DNA from: an uncultured delta proteobacterium
Lineage (GTDB): Bacteria; Myxococcota_A; UBA9160; SMWR01
Assembly: GCA_963832165.1 (NCBI GenBank)
Contig: CAWHTE010000002.1
Span: forward strand, 320,001 to 384,000
Direction of reading: 5' to 3'
DNA: 64,000 nt
Position numbers and translations under genes: made by a program. The notes beneath the pieces were generated by a model. It saw only the letters and a program-made list of their open reading frames with translations, was not told the DNA's origin and ran no database searches. Below, piece after piece: positions 1 to 10,500 of this stretch (position 1 is the first letter of the stretch; every line of letters starts with the position of its first letter).

Positions 1-1253
1 CTGCTCGTAGCCTTCGGCCCACTCGAAATTGTCGAGCAGCGACCACGCGTGATAACCGCGCACGTCGGCGCCGTCCTCGATCGCGCGCGCCACCGCCTCG
101 AGGTAGCCGCGGTAGAAATCGATCCGGCGCCGGTCGTGGATTGCGCCGCGCGCGTCGGGACCATCGAGATACGAGCAGCCGTTCTCGGTGATCTCGATGA
201 CCGGGCGATCGTAGTCGCGCGTGATCCGGACCAGCACGTCGTAGAGCGCGTCGGGCCACACCTCCCAGCCGAAGTCGGTCTTCGGCCCCTGCTTCCCGGC
301 GACGGGCCCGAACAGCGCGCGCGCTCCCATCCCGAGCGGATCCGAGTCCTGGTGCTCGATCATGGTGCGCGTGTAGAGGTTGATGCCGATGAAGTCGAGC
401 GGCGCGCGCACGAGCTCGAGGTCGTCGTCGCGGATTCCCATGCGGTCGAACGGGGCGACGGCGAACGCCTCGGGGTAGCGCCCGCGCAGGGCGGGCTCGA
501 GAAACCAGAGATTGGCGAGACGGTGCCAGCGCTCGGCGGCGGCCTGATCCTCTTCGGTGTCACGGGCCGGTTGGCAAGCCGTCATGCTGTACGCGGAGCC
601 GATCACGGCGTCCGCGCGCACCGCGCGCATCGCGCGGAACGCTTCGCCCTGCGCGAGATTCACGACGTGGCTCGCGCGCAGATACGCGGCGAGGTCGCGG
701 CGACCCGGCGCGTGGATCCCCACGTAGATATCCGAACAGCGTGAAGACTCCGGGCTCGTTGAAGATCATCCAGTGCTTCACGCGGTCGCCGAGCGCGCGC
801 ACCACGATCTCGGCGTAGTCGGCGAAGCGCCCCGCGGTGTCGCGCTCGGGCCAGCCGCCGCGGTCTTCGAGCGCCTGCGGCAGATCCCAGTGGTAGAGCG
901 TCGGGAACGGCCGGATGCCCGCGTCGAGCAGCGCGTCGACGAGGCGGCGGTAGTGATCGAGCCCCTTCTCGTTCGGCACTGCCCGACCCGTTCGGCTGGA
1001 TGCGCGGCCACGCGATCGAGAAGCGGAAGCTCGTCTGGTTCATCGCGCGCATCAGCGCGATGTCTTCCTCGAAGCGGTGATAGGAATCGCACGCCACGTC
1101 GCCGGTGTCGCCGTTGCGGACCTTGCCCGGCGTGTGCGAGAAGCGGTCCCAGATCGACTCGCCCTTGCCGTCCTCCTGCCAGGCGCCTTCGATCTGATAC
1201 GACGCGGTGGCGGTGCCCCAGTGAAATCCGGCCGGAAAATGCAGACGCCCCAT
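1..1253 (-). CDS. GH1 beta-glucosidase; runs off the left edge; two apparent frameshifts (~980, ~725)
   Basis: [42 protein letters not shown] and IFNEP motifs split across frames. Confidence 0.85.
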
Positions 1254-1295
1254 CTCACCATTCAACCACAGGATCGCAGCGTCGGCAGCGGTGGA

Positions 1296-3386
1296 TCAGT
1301 CCGCTTCCGGCGTTCCGCGCGCGACCGCGCGGCGCACGAGCTCTTCCTGGGCGGCGAGGCTGCGGCGCCGCGGAACGCGGTGCCACACGCCCTCGGCGTC
1401 GAGCTGCCACGCGAGCACGTCGTCGGCGAGACAGAGCTCGAGGAACTCGTCGATGCGCGCTGCGAGCGGAGCGGACTCCACCGGAACGACCACTTCGACG
1501 CGGCCCTCGAGATTTCGCGGCATCAAGTCGGCCGATCCGATGTAGTGGCGTGCTTCACCGTCGCAGCCGAAGCGGTAGACGCGCGAGTGCTCGAGGAAGG
1601 GCCCCACGATCGAGCGCACGCGGATCGTCTCGGAGAGGCCCGGGACGCCCGGGCGCAGGCAACAGACGCCGCGCACCACGAGATCGATCTCGACGCCGGC
1701 CTGCGAAGCCTCGTACAGCGCATCGATCAGCGGTCCGTCCGCGAGTCCGTTCACCTTGATCGCGATCCGCCCGCGATGCGCGCGCTCTCTCTCCCGCTCG
1801 ATCTCTTCGAGCAGCCGCGTGCGCAGTGATCGCGGCGCGACGAGCAACTTGCGATAGGCCCCCTGATTGCTGCAGCCGGTGAGATAGTTGAAGAGCTCGG
1901 CGGCGTCCGCCGCGAGCGCGTCGGAACAGCTGAACAGTCCGAGGTCGTCGTAGGTGCGCGCGGTCTGCGGGTGGTAGTTGCCGGTGCCGACGTGAACGTA
2001 GCGCCGAATGCCATCGGACTCGGCGCGCACCACGAGCGTGACCTTGCAATGGGACTTGAGCCCGACCACGCCGTACACGACGTGCACGCCGGCCTCTTCG
2101 AGCACGCGCGCGAGCTTGATGTTGGCCTGCTCGTCGAAGCGCGCCGTGAGCTCGACGAGCGTCACCACCTGCTTCCCGGCCTCGGCGGCCTCGATCAGGT
2201 TGCGCACCAGCGTGTTCTCGACTCCCGAAGTGCGATAGAGCGTGTGCTTGATCGCGAGCACCGCGGGGTCTTCGGCGGCCTGTGCGAGGAACGCCTCCGT
2301 GGAGTCGCCGAACGACTCGTAGGGGTGGTGCACGAGCACGTCGCGCTCGCGGATCGCCGCGAACAGATCCACGGTCCCGTCGACTCCGGGGACGAACGCG
2401 GGCGGCGTCACGGGCGTGTGGGCGGGCAGCTTCGCCTCGGGCCGATCGAGCGCGTGGATCTCCCAGAGCGAGCCGAGGTCGATCAGCTCGCGCGTCACGT
2501 AGAGGTCGTCGCTCGTGAGCTCGAGCTCCGCGAGCAGGAGATTGCGCACGCGCTCCGACATGCGATCGGTCACTTCGAGTCGCACGGCGGCGTTCATGCG
2601 CAGGCGGCGCTTGAGCCCGAACTCCACTGCCTGCAGCAGGTCTTCGGCATCCGTCTCGTCGAGTGCGAGGTCGGCGTCGCGCGTCACGCGGAACGGATTG
2701 CACGACACGATCTCCATTCCCGGAAACAGCGTCGGGGCTTGCGCCGCGATCAGCTCCTCGACGGGCAGGAATCCGCTGCCGCCCGGCAGCGCGATCCAGC
2801 GCGCGAACAGCGGCGGCACCTTGATCCGCGCGAAGCGGTGCGCCTGGGTCTCGAGATCGCGCACCACGACCGCGAGGTTCAGCGACAGGTTCGAGATGTA
2901 CGGGAAGGGATGCGAGGGATCGACCGAGAGCGGCGTCAGAACCGGGAAGATCCGCGTCTCGAACATGCGCGAGAGCTCGCGCTGCATCGCGGGCTCGAGC
3001 TCGTCCCAGCTGCAGAGATGGATCCCGAGATCGCGCAGCCGCGGGCCCAGATCCTTGTCGAGGATCTCGTCGCATCGCGCGACCTGCAGGGTCACGATCG
3101 GGCGGATCGCCGCGAGCTGTTCGGCAGGCGAACGCCCGTCGATCGAGCGCGCGCCGACCTCCGCGGCGATCTGGGTCTTGAGACCCGCGACGCGCACCTG
3201 GAAGAAGTGGTCGAGGTTGCGGCTCGCGATCGCGAGGAACTTCACGCGCTCGAGCACCGGCAGCGATTCGTCCGCCGCGAGCGCGATCACACGCGCGTTG
3301 AAATCGAGCCAGGTCAGCTCGCGATTGAAATAGAGCGGCAGATCGGGACGCGCAGCGTCGGCGTCGATCGGGGGAAGGCGCTCCAT
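1296..3386 (-). CDS. ppk1: Polyphosphate kinase 1
   Basis: YFNRELTWLDFNARV, PSHPFPYISNLSLN, HHPYESF, GTGNY, FLEHSRVY, GSADLMPRNL. Confidence 0.97.
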   Translation of the reverse strand: MERLPPIDADAARPDLPLYFNRELTWLDFNARVIALAADESLPVLERVKFLAIASRNLDHFFQVRVAGLKTQIAAEVGARSIDGRSPAEQLAAIRPIVTLQVARCDEILDKDLGPRLRDLGIHLCSWDELEPAMQRELSRMFETRIFPVLTPLSVDPSHPFPYISNLSLNLAVVVRDLETQAHRFARIKVPPLFARWIALPGGSGFLPVEELIAAQAPTLFPGMEIVSCNPFRVTRDADLALDETDAEDLLQAVEFGLKRRLRMNAAVRLEVTDRMSERVRNLLLAELELTSDDLYVTRELIDLGSLWEIHALDRPEAKLPAHTPVTPPAFVPGVDGTVDLFAAIRERDVLVHHPYESFGDSTEAFLAQAAEDPAVLAIKHTLYRTSGVENTLVRNLIEAAEAGKQVVTLVELTARFDEQANIKLARVLEEAGVHVVYGVVGLKSHCKVTLVVRAESDGIRRYVHVGTGNYHPQTARTYDDLGLFSCSDALAADAAELFNYLTGCSNQGAYRKLLVAPRSLRTRLLEEIERERERAHRGRIAIKVNGLADGPLIDALYEASQAGVEIDLVVRGVCCLRPGVPGLSETIRVRSIVGPFLEHSRVYRFGCDGEARHYIGSADLMPRNLEGRVEVVVPVESAPLAARIDEFLELCLADDVLAWQLDAEGVWHRVPRRRSLAAQEELVRRAVARGTPEAD

Positions 3387-3463
3387 CGGGGTCGGGCCTG
3401 CGGGTGCTGGGAGGGGAGGACCCAGTCTACCACTTCCCCCGGGGAACAAGCGAGCCGTGGTCG

Positions 3464-4189
3464 TTACGTTTCCGTGAACGCGGTCCCGCCGCGCGGCTCG
3501 ATCGCGTTCTCGGCGAGCCGATATCCAACCCCGCGAACCGTTTCCAGGTAGCTCCTCGCGGGTCCGAGCTTGCGCCGGATGCTCTTGATGTGCGCATCGA
3601 TTGCGCGCTCACTGCGGGGTTCGCGACCCGCCTGGAGACGGTCGATGAGCTGACTTCGGCGCACGACGCGCCCGGCCTGCGCGATCAGTGCGGAGAGCAG
3701 CTCGCGCTCGCGCGGTGTCAGCTCGACGCGCCGTCCGTCGGCGATCACGCGCCCGGTCCGCGGGTCGAGCTGGATCGCGCTGCTCCCGGGGGTGCGCGCC
3801 GTGGGCTCCTCCGCGCGCGGAACGAAGCCGCGGAGCACCGCCGAGACGCGCGCCCCGAGCTCGGGCGGGTAGAACGGCTTCGCGAGGAAGTCGTCGACGC
3901 CGGACTCGAACGCGAGCACGCGGTCGATCTCGCTCGCGCGGCTCGTCAGCACGATGATCGGAGTGGCCGCGATCGACGGAGACTCGCGCACGGTGCGGCA
4001 CAGGCCGAGCCCCGACTGGTCGGGCAGCACGAGCTCGACCAGGATCAGGTCGGGCGGGTCGTCGAGCGCCGAACGCAGCGCTTCTCGAGCGGTCGCAGCC
4101 TCGCGACACGACAGGTGTCGATTCGCGAGACACTCGCGGATCTCGGCACGGACGTCTTCGTCTTCGTCGACAACCAGGACCACTGCCAC
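3464..4189 (-). CDS. OmpR/PhoB-family response regulator with Glu at the phospho-acceptor position
   Basis: Receiver domain (LVVDED...LILVELVLP...GVDDFLAKPF) plus winged helix (LTPRE...IDAHIKSIRRKL...ETVRGVGYRL). Confidence 0.9.
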   Translation of the reverse strand: MAVVLVVDEDEDVRAEIRECLANRHLSCREAATAREALRSALDDPPDLILVELVLPDQSGLGLCRTVRESPSIAATPIIVLTSRASEIDRVLAFESGVDDFLAKPFYPPELGARVSAVLRGFVPRAEEPTARTPGSSAIQLDPRTGRVIADGRRVELTPRERELLSALIAQAGRVVRRSQLIDRLQAGREPRSERAIDAHIKSIRRKLGPARSYLETVRGVGYRLAENAIEPRGGTAFTET

Positions 4190-4238
4190 GCCGCTTCACA
4201 CTCGGGGAATTCCCAGTTCCTCACACAATCAAAACGCG

Positions 4239-4254
4239 ATGACGATGGCGTGAA
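4239..4254 (-). promoter_or_regulatory. Pho-box-like site upstream of the response regulator
   Basis: Minus strand TTCAC-gccatc-GTCAT, 11-bp spacing. Confidence 0.55.
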
Positions 4255-4420
4255 GGCCTTGGGACGTTTTCGCGCACAATCGGTATAGCGGGGGCAGGAA
4301 CAGTCCGATCGCGATCGGGTTGGACCGGGTGGATCGCCCCGAGCTCGCCGATCGGGCGCGTTTCGGGCCGGCTTCGGCGCGCGCGCAGCCTCCGCTGCCG
4401 GGCCCGCTGCCGTACGCCCC

Positions 4421-4621
4421 TCAGAGGACCGCCCGGAGCAGACGGCCCGCGAAGCCCCGATTCGCCGAGAGCACCTGCGCCTTGCGGTACTGCAATACGA
4501 GGCCGCGGGTCTCGCTGCGCCAGTCGCATTTTTCTGCGCGCGCCCGCGCGCGACGCGCAAGGCGCGCGGAGATCCCGTCGATCTTGGGCGCGAACACTTC
4601 GGTGAACAGAGCGATTCGCAT
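4421..4621 (-). pseudogene. Internally deleted GT4 glycosyltransferase (SqdX/MgtA-like) remnant, 66 aa
   Basis: MRIALFTEVFAPKIDGISARL (GT4 N-terminus) joined directly to RARARAEKCDWRSETRGLVLQY (GT4 C-terminal helix-like). Confidence 0.6.
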
Positions 4622-4999
4622 GCCCGGAACATCGGCGCCCCATGCGTCGGTGGCGTGGGAGAGCGGTGAACTCGCGGGCAAGAGCGCGCGGCAGCCCGGC
4701 GGAGCCGATGTCACCGTTCGGTGACAAAGCGCAATCGCACCGGATCGCGACTCCTCGCGCAGTGCGTGGGGAGCGGGGGCTGCGGCCGCAGCCCCCGCTG
4801 ACCTCGCGCCCCGCTGGACGACGGCGGGGGGCGCCTGTCGTCCGTTCGGGTTCGCACTTCGCAGTCCGGCGTCTCGTCGGTTGGGATGGGGAGAGAAGGA
4901 AGAGACGCTAGGCCTACGCGAGATGTAACTTACGCATTGGACGTGTCGTTCGAGTGAAGAACACGGCGAGCTATCGTGACACGGTTCGGAGGGCACCCC

Positions 5000-5518
5000 G
5001 TGAAGACGCTCTGGCTGCTGCGACACGCAAAGGCGATCACGGGTGAAGGCATGCCCGACCGCGAGCGGTCGCTCAGCGCGCGCGGTCGCGAAGCGGCCGA
5101 GCGGATGGGCCGTTGTCTCGCAGAGCGCGGAGCGCGGCCCGACCTCGTGCTCTGCTCTCCGTCGGTCCGCACGCGCGAGACGCTGGAGCTCGCAGCCAAG
5201 GCGCTCGGCACCTCGCTCTCGGTCGAATTCGAGGAAGAGCTCTATCTCGCGAGCGCGGACGACCTGCTCGAGCGCATCGAGCTGGTGCCCGACGATGCGG
5301 CATCGGTTCTCCTGGTGGGGCACAACCCCGGCATCGAGGAGCTCGGGCTCGAGCTCGCCGGGCGCGGCGACTCCGGCGGGATCGAACGGATGCGCCACAA
5401 GTTTCCGACGGGGGCGCTGGCCGAATTCCGCGTCCATGCTGAGGAATGGCGCCGTTTCGCGCGCAAATGCGAGCTGATCGCGTTCGTGACGCCGAAGACT
5501 TTGTCCTCCGAGCGGTGA
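5000..5518 (+). CDS. sixA: Phosphohistidine phosphatase, SixA family
   Basis: LLRHAK, SPSVRTRET, LLVGHNP motifs. Confidence 0.9.
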   Translation: MKTLWLLRHAKAITGEGMPDRERSLSARGREAAERMGRCLAERGARPDLVLCSPSVRTRETLELAAKALGTSLSVEFEEELYLASADDLLERIELVPDDAASVLLVGHNPGIEELGLELAGRGDSGGIERMRHKFPTGALAEFRVHAEEWRRFARKCELIAFVTPKTLSSER

Positions 5519-5530
5519 TATCCTGCCGAG

Positions 5531-7079
5531 GTGGACACCCCCCGCGAGATCGAGCTCAAGCTCGACGCGTCGATCGAGGTCCTGCGGCGTCTTCAGCGCC
5601 ATCCGCTCGTTCGCAGCCACGCGCAGGGTCGCGCGCGATCCCAGTCGCTCGAATCGGTCTACTTCGACACGGAAGACCACGACCTCGCCGAGGCGAACCT
5701 GGGTCTGCGCGTGCGGCACACGGGCAAGCGGCGAGTCCAGACGCTCAAGGGCGAGCGCTCGTCGTCGGGTGGGTTGTTCGAACGCATCGAGGTCGAGGTC
5801 CCGATCGACGGGGACGAGCCCGACCTCGCGCTGATCTCCGATCCCGAGCTGCGAGCTCGGGTCGACGAAGCGGTGAATGGAAAACCGCTCGTCGAGGTGT
5901 TCCGGACCGAGTTCCGCCGCACGCGCCGCGTGCTGCGCAAGGGCGAGAGCGAGTGGACGATCGACCTCGACGCCGGCAGCATCGTCGCAGGCGAAGAGCG
6001 CGCTCCGATTCACGAGGTCGAGCTGGAGCTTCTCGCGGGTGAGCCCGCAAAGCTGTTCGAGTTCGCGCTGCTCTTGCAGGAGCGGCTCGATCTGCGGCCC
6101 GCGACGGTCAGCAAGGCGGAGCGCGGCTATGCGCTGGCGCGCGGAGAGCGCGCGAGCTCGTACTACGCGCCGCGCGTGCGACTCGACGCGCAGACGACGC
6201 TCGAGGACGGGCTCAGAGCGATCCTCTCGCACTGCCTCTCCCAATTTCACGAGGAACGCCGATTGCGCACGCAACGGGGTCGAGCCCGAAGGTGTGCACC
6301 AGATGCGCGTGGGCGTGCGCCGCATGCGAGCGGCATTCGCGCTGTTCGAGTCGCGTCTTCCGGCAGACCGCGTCCGCTACTTCCGCTCCGAGCTGCGCTG
6401 GCTCGGCCGAGAGCTCGGCGCGGCGCGCGATCTCGACGTGTTCACGCGCGGGCTGCTCGCGGACATCGAATCCCATCGGCCCGACGACGTCGCGCTCGAG
6501 CGCCTGCGCGTCGAGGCGCTGGCTCTGCGCGCCGAATGCTACGAGGGAGTTCGCACCTGCATCGACTCGCGGCGCTATGCGCGCCTCGTGCTGGAGCTCG
6601 GCGGGTGGCTCGCCGCGCGCGGGTGGCAGGAGAACGCGTCGCGCGACGACTCGATGCGCTGGCTCGAGCCCGCGCATACCTTCGCGGAGACCGAGCTCGA
6701 GCGCAGGCACCGCAAGATCGCCCGCCTCGCCGAGCGGATCGACGAATCCGTCGACGCGCGCCACGCACTGCGCATCGAGCTGAAGAAGCTCCGCTATGCC
6801 GGGGAGTTCTTTCGCGATCTCTACCCGCGCCACGGCGCCAAGCGCTTCCTGCGCCGGATCGCGCGCGTGCAGAACGCGCTCGGGCACATGAACGACGTCG
6901 CCACCGCAGAGCGGATCCTCGCTCTGCTCCTGGCGCGGCTCGGCCCGGATCGCATGCGCCACCACGACCGCGCCGCGGGCTTCGTCGAGGGGTGGGCCGC
7001 GGAGCTCGCGGCGAACGCGCTGCGCGAGACCGAGGATGCCTGGCAGCGCCTCGAGCGCGCGCAACCGTTCTGGCTCTAG
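5531..7079 (+). CDS. CYTH + CHAD domain protein (inorganic tri/polyphosphatase-like); frameshift near 6245
   Basis: EIELKL, YFDT, EVELEL (CYTH); VHQMRVGVRRMR, ARDLDVF, HALRIELKKLRY, LGHMND (CHAD) in the second frame. Confidence 0.88.
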
Positions 7080-7082
7080 GAA

Positions 7083-7120
7083 TTCGCACGATCGTCACGA
7101 AATCGCCGTGGCTTTCTCAC
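7083..7120 (+). promoter_or_regulatory. Pho-box-like repeats upstream of the small ORF
   Basis: TTCGC(7083)/GTCAC(7094)/CTCAC(7116) on an 11-bp register; region paralogous to 7453-7490. Confidence 0.5.
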
Positions 7121-7168
7121 CCGATCGCCCCACGCGAAAACCGATGTTTTTGTAGGTTCGGGGCCATC

Positions 7169-7423
7169 ATGAAGCGTCTGGGTTCGCCTATCACGACGCG
7201 CTCCGCCTTTGCGGGGCTCGCAGGAGTGCTCGCGCTCGGGATCGCGTTCTACAGCCGCTCGGCCGTGGGGCGGATCGGCTCGCCCGATCCCGGCCCGTCG
7301 CCCGACCCGCTCGTCGACACCCTCGATGAGGACGAGCTCGTGAAGTTCGCCGTGATCGACATGGTCGATGCGCTCGATCGCGTCGTCGATGCGAACGCGG
7401 CCGCGAGCGACGTCCAGGAGTAG
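7169..7423 (+). CDS. 84-aa protein: N-terminal hydrophobic anchor plus a fragment homologous to the plug region of the downstream TonB-dependent receptor
   Basis: DPLVDTLDEDELVKFAVIDMVDALDRVVDAN versus receptor DQLVNVLGAEDLSKFAVVDMADALKRVAGVN. Confidence 0.7.
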   Translation: MKRLGSPITTRSAFAGLAGVLALGIAFYSRSAVGRIGSPDPGPSPDPLVDTLDEDELVKFAVIDMVDALDRVVDANAAASDVQE

Positions 7424-7452
7424 ATAGGGCTTCTCGAGATCGCGGCGCAGAC

Positions 7453-7490
7453 TTCGCGCCCGTGTCATGCGATCGCCCCGGACTCCTCAC
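7453..7490 (+). promoter_or_regulatory. Pho-box-like repeats upstream of the TonB-dependent receptor
   Basis: TTCGC(7453)/GTCAT(7464)/CTCAC(7486) on an 11-bp register. Confidence 0.5.
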
Positions 7491-7539
7491 GTGAACGCCC
7501 CACCTGGCGCAGAACCTCGCACTAGGGTTTCGCGACTTC

Positions 7540-10500
7540 ATGCGCCCCCATGTGTCGATAGTGTGGCGACGGTGCGGAGACGTCCGCGCGCGGGTCGCGC
7601 TTCGAAGCGCGGTGGTCGCCGCGATCGCGTGGCTCGTGGTGAGCGCGAGCCCACCCGCGATCGCGCAGACGAGCGCAGCGGAAGGGCGCATCGCGGGACG
7701 CGTTACCGATGCCGCGTCGGGCGCGGCCCTCTCCGGAGCGACGATCGTGCTGAGTGCTCCGGGAGCGGGCCAGCTCTTGCGCACGAGCGGCGCGGACGGC
7801 GGCTTCTTGTTCGAGTCCGTGGGTGCGGGCACCTATCGGCTCGACCTCACACTCTGGGGGTACCAGGCTGCGAGCATCGCGCAGCTCACCGTGCAGGCGG
7901 GCCAGGAGATCCGCGCAGACCAGAAGATGTCGGCGCGCCCCGCCGAGGAGTCCGATCGGGTTTCGTCGACCGCTGGCGTCGAGGAGATCGTCGTCCACGG
8001 CGATCCGACCAAGGATCTGCTCAGCTCGATCGAGACGCGTTCGCAGTCCGATCAGCTCGTCAACGTGCTAGGCGCCGAAGACCTCTCGAAGTTCGCGGTC
8101 GTCGACATGGCCGACGCGCTCAAACGCGTCGCGGGCGTGAACGTCGTGGAGGGTCAGTTCGCGATCGTGCGCGGGCTCGAGGACCGCTACAGCAGCACGC
8201 TCTACAACAGCGCTCCGGTGCCGAGCCCCGACCCCGACCGCCAGTCGCCCCAGCTCGATCTGTTTCCGTCCGAGATCGTGAACAGCCTCGTGGTCTCGAA
8301 GACCTTCGGTCAGGAGCTGCCCAGCAACTCGTCGGGTGGCTCGATCGACATCCTCACGCCCGACCGCCACGAAGACGAGCTCGAGGTCTCGATCTCTGCG
8401 AAGACCGGCATCAACGAGAATGCCTACGATCGCTTCATCGAGCTCCGGCCCGGCTCGTCGATCGGAAAAGAGACGGATGGCGTCGACCTGCTCGAGCAGG
8501 AGTTCGGAGGCTACGTCAACGGGCGCACCAGCCTGCGCGGCCGCGAGATCCACTACAAAGCGGTCGCGAACTGGGGCACCGACTACGTCACCGAGGAGGG
8601 GTTCCAGGAGGGGCGACAGCCCGCGGTGCCGGGCAACTCGATCTTCTTCCCCGCCGGCGACCTCTCGTTCGGGCAGCTCGGCCTCAGTGACGGCCGCTTC
8701 GACCTCACCACGAGCGAGGGCGAAGAGCAGATGACCCTGTTCGGGACGTTCGGCTTCGACGTCGACGAGTTCAGCGATCACACGATCGACTTCTCGGCGT
8801 TCTACACGCGCAAGGACATCGACACGGTTCAGCTGCGCGAGTACGGCCATCTGCCCGGGTTCGATTACCCCGCCGTGAAGGCCGCAGTGCAGGCGGACCC
8901 CTTCGAATTCCCCAATTTCTCCCAGTTCCAGTCGAGGGCAACGTTCGACGCGTGGATCGTGAAGAAGGTCGGCCCGCTCGGCGAAACCCCGACGCGGACG
9001 ATCCCCTACTACGCGGCCTTCTTCGACAGCCGCTCCTTCGAATCGCGCCGCGACCTCCAGATCTACCAGATCAACGGCGACCACATCCTCGACCTGCTGA
9101 TCGACGGCCTCCATCTGAGCTGGGTGGGGAACTACGCGACGACGGCGCAGAACGAGAACTCGCTGGGCTCGCGCTTCTCGTTCGAGCCGTGCCGCAACGA
9201 CACCGTCGCTTCGCTGCGCTGCCCCACTGGCGTGACGCCCATCAACCAGAATTTCGACCTGATCCCGGCCTCGTTGCCGGTTCGCGAAGCCGCGCTCGCG
9301 CCCGGCCAGTATCTGGCGCGCAACGGCCTGTTCGGGAACCACAACGACATCGAGGAGGAGCAGTACTTCGGCCGCTTCGACGGCGACTACGAGCTCCTCC
9401 CGGCCCACTGGCTCACCGCGAACCTGAGCTCGGGGCTCTGGTTCGAGCACGCCGAGCGCGATGTGGATTCGAGCTTCCTTTCGGGCGACGGGCTCACGAT
9501 CAACTGCCCCGAGTCGTCTGGGTGCATCGGCACGGGCAGTACGCAGTACGTGATCTTCGCCGATACACCCGAGCAGCTCGGGGCCAGGATCTTCGGCACG
9601 GGTCTCCCGCGCACTACCGACGGCTCCTACGCCAATCAGCGGTCCACGACCAACGAGTCGACGCGGGAGATCCAGGCGATGCACGCCGGCGCCAAGGCGA
9701 CGTTCTGGGGGGACTTCGACCTCCTGGGCGGCGCGCGATTCGAGAACATCTTCATCGAGTCGAAGAACGATCCGTTCGTGCCGGGAGGCTTCTCACCCGA
9801 TCAATCGCCGCTGATCTTCCCGTCGAAGTACTTGTTCTTCGATCGCTTCGACAACCTCGATCGCGAGGGATTCATCCGCAATCCCCCGTTCAACAACGAG
9901 ATCCTGGGCATCGACGTTCCGGCCGGTCCGTGTCGCGACACGGCGGGCAATCCGATCCCCGGCGGCGGCGAGTGCGTCGACCTGATCGACGCCGCGGAGA
10001 TCGGGAGGCTCGTGAACGGCGACATCGACGAGAACAAGGTGCTGCCATCGGCAGGCCTCGCCTATCGCGCGTTCGACTGGCTGACGTTGCGCGGCGCCTA
10101 TTCCCAGACGGTGGCGCGCCCCTCGTTTCGCGAGCTCGGCTACTACGTCTCGGCCGAGCCCGGCACCGACGATCTCTCGATCGGCAATCCCCAGCTCGGA
10201 CTCTCGGACGTGGAGAGCTGGGACGCGCGCGCCGAGTTCGTGTGGGGCAACTACTCGGATCTCTTCGCGGTCAGCGTATTCCAGAAGGACATCGAGGATC
10301 CGATCGAGCAGATCGTGATGCGCGACCCCGGTGTGTTCGAGGACACCGCGACCGACACGTTTCGGACCTTCTTCAACAACCCGAACGAGGCGACGATCCG
10401 CGGCATCGAACTCGAGGCGCGCAAGAATCTCGGCTTCCTGACCTTCGATTGGCTCGAGACCGAGGTGCCGGGCCGCGAGTTCCTGGGTGTACTCGAGTAC

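Noticed and set aside
6240..6260. Programmed frameshift between CYTH and CHAD
   Set aside because: No slippery heptamer is evident and similar indels occur in unrelated genes; a sequencing error is simpler.
5531..7423. Single 630-aa ORF as listed in the track
   Set aside because: It merges the CYTH half, an out-of-frame Arg-rich stretch and the separate 84-aa ORF; a frameshift artefact.
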